DNA from: an uncultured delta proteobacterium
GTDB taxonomy: Bacteria > Desulfobacterota > Binatia > UBA9968
Assembly (NCBI GenBank): GCA_963727625.1
Contig: CAVSHR010000006.1
Span: 224,001-288,000, forward strand
Length of the DNA: 64,000 nt
Direction of reading: 5' to 3'
The position numbers and the translations under genes are program-made. Below the pieces are notes generated by a model, which was not told the origin of the DNA, made no database searches, and saw nothing but the letters and a program-made list of their open reading frames with translations. Shown piece by piece: positions 1 through 7,951 of the stretch. Position 1 is the stretch's first letter, and every line of letters begins with the position of its first letter.

Positions 1-1
1 G

Positions 2-2038
2 AAAGGCCGGATCCAAGTCCAGGCGTCGCGCCTGCGCACCGTGCTGCCCGACGCCAGAAAGGATCTTTCCGGCTCGGAACCGTTCAAACAAGCGCGCGAG
101 GGAAAGTCCTATTTCGGCCGGGTCTACTTCGTGCGCGGCTCCGAGCCCTATATGACGATCGCGGTCCCGATCGAGCGCTTCGCCGGCGACGTCATCGGCG
201 TGCTGCAAGCGGAAGTCAACCTTAAATACATCGGCGATGTCGTTTCGAGTATCACCATCGGCAAAGCGGGTTATGCCTACGCTGTGAGCCGATCCGGCGA
301 ACTGATCGCCCACCCCGACATCAGTTTGGTCTTGCAACGCCGCAACGTGCGCCAATTGGCTGCCGTCAAAGCCGCCTTCGAGAGCCAGCCCGGAGTGGCG
401 CCACTAGACGCACTCGTCACAAAAAATATTCAGGGAAAGGAAGTGCTGAGTTCGTTTGCGATCATTCCCGATTTCGGCTGGGCGGTGATCGTCGACCGGC
501 CCTTGGCCGAGGCCTACGAAGCGCTCTATGCCTCGATGCTGCGCACCGCCGCTCTGTTCCTGATCGGTCTCAGCATGGCGCTATTCGCCAGTTATTTTCT
601 CGCCCGCCGCGTCGTGCAACCGGTGCGGATACTGCGCGAAGGCGTGGAGCGCATCGGTACCGGCGATCTCGGCTATCGGTTGAATCTCAAGACCGGCGAC
701 GAAATAGAAGTGCTCGCCGATGAATTCAACAAAATGACTTCCCAGCTCGAGGAATCTTACGCCAACTTGGAGCAGAAGGTCGAAGACCGCACGAGGGAGC
801 TGACGGAGTCGCTGGAGCAGCAGACGGCGACCAGCGAAGTCCTGCGCGTCATCGCGGGATCGCCGAAAGATGTCCAACCGGTGCTTGACGTCGTGGCGGA
901 GCGGGCAGCAAAGCTCTGCGACGCCGAGGACGCGATCATCTTTCGCGCCTTTGGCGATTACCATCAGAGAGTCGCCAAGTTTGGCTCGATTCCAGCCCCG
1001 GATTTTCCGGTGTCGATCACGCGCGGTTTTCCCGGCGGCCGAGCCATTCTCGACCGGAAGACCGTTCACATCCATGATATCGAGGAGGTGCTCGAGACCG
1101 AATATACGGACGTCCGGTCGATTCAAAAAGAGATCGGGCAGCGCACCGTGCTCGCCACGCCACTCTTGCGCGAGGGCGTCGCGATCGGCGCCATCGTCAT
1201 TCGCCGCCTGCAAGTACGGCCGTTTACCGACAAGCAGATTGCGCTGCTCAAAACCTTCGCCGATCAGGCCGTGATCGCCATCGAAAACGTCCGTCTGTTC
1301 CAGGAGATTCAGGAGAAGAACGAACAGCTCGAGGCTGCCAGCCGACACAAATCTCAATTTCTCGCCAACGTCAGCCACGAGCTGCGCACGCCGCTCAATT
1401 CGATCATCGGCTTTACAAGAATAGTTTTGCGCCGCACGGAGGGCAAGATCGAAAGCCTGCAAAAAGAAAATCTGAAAAAAGTTTTGATCAGCGCAGATCA
1501 TTTGCTGAGCCTGATCAACGAGCTGCTCGACCTGGCAAAGATCGAGGCGGGGCGGATGGAAGCCTACGCGGAAACGTTTAAAGTCGACGAGATCATCCGC
1601 ATGGCCATGTCCACGGTCGAACCGATGCTTAGGAACGGCCGGGTAAATCTGGTCACGGACATCGCTCCGGACATTCCGCCGCTGAAAACCGATCGAGACA
1701 AGCTCAAACAGTCCGTCCTCAATCTTCTCAGCAACGCCGTCAAGTTCACCGAGAGCGGCGAGATCAAGGTCACAGCGTGGCGAGACAATGGTTCTTTGAA
1801 GCTCACCGTATCCGATACCGGCATAGGCATGAACCCGGAAGCGCTCCGATACATCTTCGACGAGTTCCGCCAGGCTGACATGTCGAGCACGCGCAAATAC
1901 GGCGGCACGGGCCTTGGCTTGGCCATTGTGAAAAAGTTCATCAATCTTATGGGCGGCGATATCGTCGTCGCAAGCGAAGAAGGCAAAGGATCGACGTTCA
2001 CGATCACGATGCCGCTGGAACTGAAAATTCAAGGGTAA
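2..2038 (+). CDS. Sensor histidine kinase (Cache-type periplasmic domain, TM, HAMP, GAF, HisKA, HATPase); 5' end lies outside the window
   Basis: Frame open from the window start. HAMP (LKTGDEIEVLADEFNKM), GAF (RPFTDKQIALLKTFADQAVIAIEN), H-box (FLANVSHELRTPL), N-box (NLLSNAVKFT), G boxes (DTGIG, GGTGLGL). Confidence 0.93.
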   Translation, partial: KGRIQVQASRLRTVLPDARKDLSGSEPFKQAREGKSYFGRVYFVRGSEPYMTIAVPIERFAGDVIGVLQAEVNLKYIGDVVSSITIGKAGYAYAVSRSGELIAHPDISLVLQRRNVRQLAAVKAAFESQPGVAPLDALVTKNIQGKEVLSSFAIIPDFGWAVIVDRPLAEAYEALYASMLRTAALFLIGLSMALFASYFLARRVVQPVRILREGVERIGTGDLGYRLNLKTGDEIEVLADEFNKMTSQLEESYANLEQKVEDRTRELTESLEQQTATSEVLRVIAGSPKDVQPVLDVVAERAAKLCDAEDAIIFRAFGDYHQRVAKFGSIPAPDFPVSITRGFPGGRAILDRKTVHIHDIEEVLETEYTDVRSIQKEIGQRTVLATPLLREGVAIGAIVIRRLQVRPFTDKQIALLKTFADQAVIAIENVRLFQEIQEKNEQLEAASRHKSQFLANVSHELRTPLNSIIGFTRIVLRRTEGKIESLQKENLKKVLISADHLLSLINELLDLAKIEAGRMEAYAETFKVDEIIRMAMSTVEPMLRNGRVNLVTDIAPDIPPLKTDRDKLKQSVLNLLSNAVKFTESGEIKVTAWRDNGSLKLTVSDTGIGMNPEALRYIFDEFRQADMSSTRKYGGTGLGLAIVKKFINLMGGDIVVASEEGKGSTFTITMPLELKIQG

Positions 2039-2196
2039 GACGGCAAGAGTAAGAGACCGGGCGTAAGGCAAGTAATGCAGGATCTCTCGAGGAATTTAAT
2101 CCTGAGCCGATTCGACTTTGCGTCGGGTAAACTTCGCCGAAGGCCTCAAAAATGTTTTTGGCTTTGCCAGTGGAAGCACCCCGAAGGGAAAAAATA

Positions 2197-3171
2197 ATGC
2201 GACAGTGGTTCATCTTCTTCGTACTGCTCGCCGTTAGCGTTTCACGAACTTGCGATGTGATTGCAGCCGAGCGCGCCCTGCCGGTCAGGATCGGCGTGCT
2301 TACGGAGGGATTTGGGCCGACCACCGGTGCAGTAGGCCTGCGGGATGGGCTTAAGGGACTTGGTTACCGGGAGGATAAAGATTTCGTGATCGGCGTCCGA
2401 TTTACTCAGGGCGATGCCTTGGCGCTTCCCGAGGCGGTTAGGAAACTTATCCGGCAAGGAGTGGATATTCTGATCACAGAGGGACGGAGCGCAGCAAAGG
2501 CAGCTCAACTGGAAACCAAAGTATTGCCGATCGTCTTTGCCGGAGGTGGCGATCCGGTCGGGTTCGGTCTGATTCGGAGCTTTGCCCGTCCTGGAACTAA
2601 TATTACGGGTGTAAGCGATCTCGATATTGAGTTGGGCCCCAAGCGCCTTGAGATTTTTAAGGAGATGATCCCCGAGCTAAATCGTGTGTTATTCCCCTAC
2701 GATGCGACCGATGCCTACAGCGTTTCCGAGGCGAAGGCGTATCGCGATGCCGCGCGTCGGCTCAGAATCGCGCTGATTGAGAAAGAGCTGCGCACTGAGG
2801 ATGAGGCAAAATCGGTCCTGGGCAAGTTAAGAAAAGGCGACATCCACGGCATCCTGTCACCACGTCCGATGACAGCGAATATTCCTGGATACGTCCGCGA
2901 GGCGGGTTCCCGGTCTTCCATACCGACGATGTTTGCCGCGACTTTTTTTGCGGAGAATGGTGGCCTCGCAAGTTACACTCCCAATTCCTACGAATCCGGC
3001 CGAATGGCGGCGCGGCTGGTGGACAAGATTCTAAAAGGCGAGAGTCCCGGTAAAATCCCCGTGGAGGTGAACAACAAGATCGAACTGGTTATCAACCTGA
3101 AGGTTGCGAAGGCATTGGGGATCAAGATCGCCCCGCAGGCGTTGTATAAGGCAAACCGAGTCATCCGATGA
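2197..3171 (+). CDS. ABC-type substrate-binding protein (ABC_sub_bind-like), no cognate permease nearby
   Basis: Signal-peptide-like N-terminus; motifs DPVGFGLIRSFARPGTNITG and ELVINLKVAKALGI typical of this SBP family. Confidence 0.85.
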   Translation: MRQWFIFFVLLAVSVSRTCDVIAAERALPVRIGVLTEGFGPTTGAVGLRDGLKGLGYREDKDFVIGVRFTQGDALALPEAVRKLIRQGVDILITEGRSAAKAAQLETKVLPIVFAGGGDPVGFGLIRSFARPGTNITGVSDLDIELGPKRLEIFKEMIPELNRVLFPYDATDAYSVSEAKAYRDAARRLRIALIEKELRTEDEAKSVLGKLRKGDIHGILSPRPMTANIPGYVREAGSRSSIPTMFAATFFAENGGLASYTPNSYESGRMAARLVDKILKGESPGKIPVEVNNKIELVINLKVAKALGIKIAPQALYKANRVIR

Positions 3172-3237
3172 CTCACTGACATAGCGCAGAATGAAAATTG
3201 CAAAATGCAGACTGCCAAGCAGAGAGGAGACCAAGAG

Positions 3238-3795
3238 ATGAGTAATTCAATGGCGTATCGGAAGGTTTTGTTTTTCTTGATCCTGCTCCTGGCCGGCGGG
3301 CTAGGTATGGCCGGTGCCGCTTGGGCCATTGAGGTGGGCGACCGGGCGCCCGACTTCAAGCTGCCGGCGACCACCGGGGTGGATATTTCGCTGAGCGAGT
3401 TCCGAGGCAAGAAATGGGTGCTGGTCGAGTTCTATGGCGCGGATTTCCAGCCCACCTGAGCGGCGAACCTGACGGCCAGGAAGGCCGACTACAACCGGTT
3501 CCAGGCCCTGGGTGTCCAGAACCTTGGCATCAGCGCCAATGCGACCTTCTCGCAGCAGACCTTCGCCGACTCGCTAAAGCTGCCGTTTCCACTGCTCAGC
3601 GACTTTCAGGAGCGCAAGGTCATCCGCAGTTACGGTGTGCTTAACGACAAGCTTATGATCGCGAATAGGTCGTTTTTTCTTATCGACCCGCAAGGAATCA
3701 TCCGCAAGAAATGGATCATCAATAATCCAGCGGTGACGGTTGTCTATAGCCCCACTTTGCTCAAGGATATCGAGGAGATCGTCGGCAAGAAATAA
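3238..3795 (+). CDS. Exported AhpC/TSA (peroxiredoxin-like) protein, probable selenoprotein (in-frame TGA 3457-3459 = Sec)
   Basis: RBS AGGAGA before ATG 3238. VGDRAPDFKL...FYGADFQPT-TGA, then the same frame continues AANLTARKADYNRFQALGVQNLGIS...LPFPLLSD...RSFFLIDPQGIIR to TAA 3793-3795. TGA sits at the peroxidatic Cys position. Confidence 0.88.
3465..3501 (+). promoter_or_regulatory. Candidate bacterial SECIS element
   Basis: Just 3' of the UGA: lower stem GAACC/GGTTC, upper stem CGGCC/GGCCG, apical loop AGGAA starting 19 nt after UGA. Confidence 0.65.
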
Positions 3796-3887
3796 ATTGG
3801 CTCGCGGGCTATCGACGCGGGCTCGTCAGCACGTGCTGGCGCGTCCCTGGGATAGTGGGGCCCGATTCGACGATACGAAACGATAAA

Positions 3888-4451
3888 ATGAGCAATCGAA
3901 CGCGGCAGGAAATCGCAGGATTTCTAATTGTGATCGTGGCGATCCTCGGCACTCCGCCGGAGAATCACGCCGCGGCGCCGGATATGTTGGGGAAACTCCA
4001 TCTCTCCACCTACCCTCGCGTCACAAAACCGCCAAAGTTCAATGGCACCACTATCGATGGCCGGAAGGTATCTCTGGTTTCTCTGGTCGGCAAGGTTGTT
4101 GTCGTCAATTTCTGGGCGACCTGGTGCCAAGAATGCCGACTTGAGATGCCCATGTTCGAGCAGATGCACCGCGAGTTCGCGGTGCATGGACTCAGTGTTA
4201 TCGGGATCAATGCTCGCGAAGGGCCAGTGGCCATCCGTGCATACGCCAAAGAGCTCCGCTTAACTTTTCCCCTGTTGCTCGATCCAAAGGGAGAGATCAA
4301 TGCGGCTTACGGAGTCGTCGGTCTACCGGCTACTTTTCTCATTGGTCGCGACAGACGCGCGGTTGCGCGGGCCGTCGGACCGAGAGAGTGGACGAGCAAC
4401 CCCGCCATCGTCATTATCAGAACGCTCCTGAACGAGCCAATGGACCGATAA
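3888..4451 (+). CDS. TlpA/ResA-family thiol-disulfide oxidoreductase, exported
   Basis: VVNFWATWCQECRLEMP; YGVVGLPATFLI; hydrophobic N-terminus. Confidence 0.88.
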   Translation: MSNRTRQEIAGFLIVIVAILGTPPENHAAAPDMLGKLHLSTYPRVTKPPKFNGTTIDGRKVSLVSLVGKVVVVNFWATWCQECRLEMPMFEQMHREFAVHGLSVIGINAREGPVAIRAYAKELRLTFPLLLDPKGEINAAYGVVGLPATFLIGRDRRAVARAVGPREWTSNPAIVIIRTLLNEPMDR

Positions 4452-4478
4452 GAGCCACCCACTCTGGAGGTAACCAAC

Positions 4479-4844
4479 ATGGAAATGAAAAAAATTCTCG
4501 TGGTCGATGACACGGATTGGAACCGCGACCTGCTGGTTCAGCTTCTGGAGGAAGACTACGAGATACTTCAGGCCGTTGACGGTGCCGAAGGCGTGAGAAT
4601 AACGGAGCAGAGCAAGCCCGATCTGATCCTCATGGATCTCGGCATGCCGGTCATGGATGGATGGGAAGCGAGCCGGAGAATCAAAGCCGACCCCGGGCTC
4701 AAGCATATTCCGATTATCGCGGTTACGTCCCACGCCATGGTCGGCGACGAGATCGAGGCCCGCAAGGCCGGCTGCGACGATTACCTGCCCAAGCCGATCG
4801 ATGAAGATTTGCTGCTGCAAAAGATCAAAAAATTTCTCGAATAA
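4479..4844 (+). CDS. Single-domain response regulator (DivK/CheY-like)
   Basis: ILVVDD, PDLILMD, AVTSHAM, YLPKP; RBS GGAGG. Confidence 0.92.
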   Translation: MEMKKILVVDDTDWNRDLLVQLLEEDYEILQAVDGAEGVRITEQSKPDLILMDLGMPVMDGWEASRRIKADPGLKHIPIIAVTSHAMVGDEIEARKAGCDDYLPKPIDEDLLLQKIKKFLE

Positions 4845-4887
4845 ATCAACGATGGCTTATTCGAGTTCAATCGCGCAAAGGTGAGAT

Positions 4888-5970
4888 ATGTTAAACAAGA
4901 TCCTCATCGTCGACGATGAGCCGTTTAATCTCGACCTCCTCGAGCAAGAGCTGGGCGACTACGACTACGTGATTGAAAGAGCGACTGATGGCACCGAGGC
5001 GCTGGAGAAAACCGCTAGTTTCGAGCCCGATGTCATATTGCTCGATTACATGATGCCGCGCATGAACGGGCTCGAAGTCGTCAAACGGCTGCGCGAAAAC
5101 CCGCAGCATAAGGGCATCCCGGTTATTCTGCTCACGGCCAAGGCAACGCAGGAAGACAAAGTGCGCGGCCTCGACGCCGGCGCCGATGACTACGTGACCA
5201 AACCTTTCGACTCGATCGAGCTATTGGCGCGGGTGCGCGCCATGTTGCGGCTCAAGGAAATGCACGACCAACTTGAAGAATGGAACCGAACCCTCGCCGA
5301 AAAGGTGCAGGAACAGGTGCACGAGATCGAACGCATGGCCCGCCTCAAGCGCTATCTCTCGCCGCAAATCGCCGAGACCATCCTTGGCTCGGACGACTCG
5401 CTGTTCAAGACCCACCGGCGTGAAATTACCATCGTGTTTCTCGATCTCAGGGGATTTACCGCCTTCTCCGACAGCGCCGAGCCCGAAGAGGTCATGGAAT
5501 TTTTGCGCCATTACCACGCCGAGATGGGCCAGTTAGTCTTCAAGTTCGAGGGCACATTGGAACGTTTCGTGGGCGACGGGATTGTGATAATTTTCAATGA
5601 TCCGATTCCCTGCGAAAATTACGCCGAGAAGGCGGCGCGAATGGCGCTGGAGATGCGCGACCGGGTGAAGGAGCTGCGTGCCGCCTGGCGCAAAAAGGGA
5701 TATGACCTGGATTTGGGCGTCGGCCTGGCGTGCGGTTACGCAACCCTGGGGACCATGGGCTTCGAAGGACGCATGGACTACGGCACGGTGGGTAATCTGC
5801 CGAATCTGGCGGCGCGCCTATGCGCCGAGGCCAAAGGCGGACAGATCCTTACCGACCAGAAAACCATGAGTCGATTGGAAGACGGGTTTGCAGCGGAATC
5901 GATCCAGGAGCTAAATCTCAAAGGCATCAACCGCCCGGTTACGGCTTTCAATATCACGGGCGCCAAATAG
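4888..5970 (+). CDS. Response-regulator-fused class III nucleotide (adenylate/guanylate) cyclase
   Basis: N-terminal REC (ILIVDDE, ILLDYMMP, YVTKPF); cyclase motifs IVFLDLRGFT, RFVGDG, NLAARL. Confidence 0.92.
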   Translation: MLNKILIVDDEPFNLDLLEQELGDYDYVIERATDGTEALEKTASFEPDVILLDYMMPRMNGLEVVKRLRENPQHKGIPVILLTAKATQEDKVRGLDAGADDYVTKPFDSIELLARVRAMLRLKEMHDQLEEWNRTLAEKVQEQVHEIERMARLKRYLSPQIAETILGSDDSLFKTHRREITIVFLDLRGFTAFSDSAEPEEVMEFLRHYHAEMGQLVFKFEGTLERFVGDGIVIIFNDPIPCENYAEKAARMALEMRDRVKELRAAWRKKGYDLDLGVGLACGYATLGTMGFEGRMDYGTVGNLPNLAARLCAEAKGGQILTDQKTMSRLEDGFAAESIQELNLKGINRPVTAFNITGAK

Positions 5971-5979
5971 CAGGCAGCG

Positions 5980-6912
5980 ATGCGCGGAAAACTTCAACGC
6001 GAAGCGAAAAACAAGCGGCCCTTTCGGGTAAAATTCTGGGGCGTGCGGGGAAGCTATCCGACGGTCGATCCCGATACACTCGCGGTCGGCGGAAACACTT
6101 CCTGCGTCGAAGTCGAAGTCGACGGCCGCCGCTTGATCTTCGATGCCGGCACCGGGATCATCCCGCTCGGCAAAGAGCTGTGCGACGGCGCGGTCGCGCC
6201 GCCGACGGCTTATATTTTTTTGAGCCACACCCATATCGATCATGTCATGGGACTGTGTTTTTTCGAGCCGCTGCTGACCCCGAAGGCGCATTCTTTCATA
6301 CTCGGTCCCGGCAATACCCGCGGCGCTCTGACGCGCAGTTTGCGGCACTTGACTCACAGCCATCTGTTTCCGGTTTCGCTCGACGAGCTTAAAGGAAAGA
6401 AAGAAATCTTTTCCCTCGCCGGCGGCGAATCGATTCGCTTCGGCACGACCGCGCGTCGACCGAAAATCGAGTCGGCGAAATCAGCGACTGTCGCCAACGG
6501 CGACGAGCTCGTCATCACCACCTGCAAAAGTCCGGCGCATCCACTCAACGGCGTCATGCTGTATCGGGTTCACTACCGCAACAAGAGTTTCGTCTACGCC
6601 ACCGATATTGAACAGAAGGAGGGCGGCTATCGAGAGATCATCGAGTTCGTCCGCGGCACAGACCTGCTGGTTCACGATGCCCAATATCTTTCTGAAGAAT
6701 ATTCGGGACGCGCTAAACCGCGCAAAGGCTGGGGCCACAGCACCATCGAAATGGCTGCCGAGGTTGCCCGAAAGGCCAAGGTCAAACGGCTCTTGCTGTT
6801 CCACCACGAGCCAACCCACGACGACAAGACCATGAAGAAGATCGAAAAGCAGACAAAACTGCTCTTTCGCTCGACCGAGGTCGCCCATGAAGGTATGGAA
6901 ATCACTCTTTAG
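5980..6912 (+). CDS. MBL-fold metallohydrolase (possible cyclic-nucleotide phosphodiesterase)
   Basis: FWGVRGS, GGNTSCVEV, DAGTG, SHTHIDH (HxHxDH), GWGHS, LFHHEP. Confidence 0.85.
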   Translation: MRGKLQREAKNKRPFRVKFWGVRGSYPTVDPDTLAVGGNTSCVEVEVDGRRLIFDAGTGIIPLGKELCDGAVAPPTAYIFLSHTHIDHVMGLCFFEPLLTPKAHSFILGPGNTRGALTRSLRHLTHSHLFPVSLDELKGKKEIFSLAGGESIRFGTTARRPKIESAKSATVANGDELVITTCKSPAHPLNGVMLYRVHYRNKSFVYATDIEQKEGGYREIIEFVRGTDLLVHDAQYLSEEYSGRAKPRKGWGHSTIEMAAEVARKAKVKRLLLFHHEPTHDDKTMKKIEKQTKLLFRSTEVAHEGMEITL

Positions 6913-7948
6913 TCGAACTACAACCGCACCCGATCCGCACAATCAATCGTCCGCTACGGGCCCCAGCCGCCGCCTAGACGGGCGTCTGCTCGCCACATCG
7001 TTCATGGCACTGTTTCTTCTGCAGCCGCTGTGCACCTTCGCCCAGGCGCCGGCCCGCGTGGGGATTTTAGTTCGGGAACTGGGCCGTGCTCAGTTCCAGG
7101 CGATCAAGGGCCTGACGGAGGAACTCAAACGGCTGGGCTATATAAACCGGGAAAATCTCGTTTTGGAAACTCGTAACGTCAAGGGCAGCCGGGCCGCGTT
7201 GCAACCCGCGGCCGCCGAGTTAATCGGCCAAAAGGTCGATCTGATTTTCACCACGGGGACCAGCGCCACCCGCGCGGCCGTGACCGCGACCCGGGAGATT
7301 CCAGTTGTGTTTGTTCACCCAGGCGACCCGGTTGCTTCCGGCTTGTTCAAAAGCGCCGAACTGCGGTCGGCAAACTTGACGGGCGTCGCGGCTTACGCCG
7401 GTGAAACCACCGAAAAGAGATTGGCGCTTTTCAATGAAATCTTTCCTGGGCTCCGAAAGGTCGTGGTCTTCTTTGATGGTAACAATGCCTCTTCGCGCGA
7501 TAAGTACAAGATGGTCGAAAACTTAGCAAAAAAATCTCATCTCGAAGCGGCCGCCTTTGCGGTTAAATCCGCCGACGAGTTGCGTACCACCATCGCTAAC
7601 TTGCACCCTGGAAACGGAATGGGCGTGTTTCAAGTGGCCGATGAGTTGGTTGAGAGCGAAGCGGAGTTTCTTTTTCAAAACGCTCGGGTGAAGAAAATCG
7701 CTACGATGTTCAACGAAGAATCGTGGGCGATTAACGGAGCGCTTGCCGCTTATGGGCCCAATTACTTTGAAATGGGTCGTCAAGCGGGCGGCCTCGCCGC
7801 GAAGATTATCAAAGGGAAGCGCCCGTCCTCCTTGCCGATCGAGCACGCAACCCAATTCGATCTGACGCTCAATTATCGCACCAGTCGATTTATCGGCGTG
7901 CCGCTTCCCAGGAAGCTGATTAAAAAAGCAAACAAAGTCATTCGCTAG
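6887..7948 (+). CDS. ABC-type substrate-binding protein (ABC_sub_bind-like); true start may be ATG 7004
   Basis: GDPVASGL...NLTGV, YGPNYFEMGRQAG, ends ANKVIR like the paralogue at 2197. Confidence 0.82.
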   Translation: MKVWKSLFSRTTTAPDPHNQSSATGPSRRLDGRLLATSFMALFLLQPLCTFAQAPARVGILVRELGRAQFQAIKGLTEELKRLGYINRENLVLETRNVKGSRAALQPAAAELIGQKVDLIFTTGTSATRAAVTATREIPVVFVHPGDPVASGLFKSAELRSANLTGVAAYAGETTEKRLALFNEIFPGLRKVVVFFDGNNASSRDKYKMVENLAKKSHLEAAAFAVKSADELRTTIANLHPGNGMGVFQVADELVESEAEFLFQNARVKKIATMFNEESWAINGALAAYGPNYFEMGRQAGGLAAKIIKGKRPSSLPIEHATQFDLTLNYRTSRFIGVPLPRKLIKKANKVIR

Positions 7949-7951
7949 GCT

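Noticed and set aside
581-2071. Long antisense or alternative-frame ORFs (also 18689-19855, 50241-51414, 60982-62754 and others)
   Set aside because: Shadows of well-supported genes in GC-rich DNA; no recognisable motifs.
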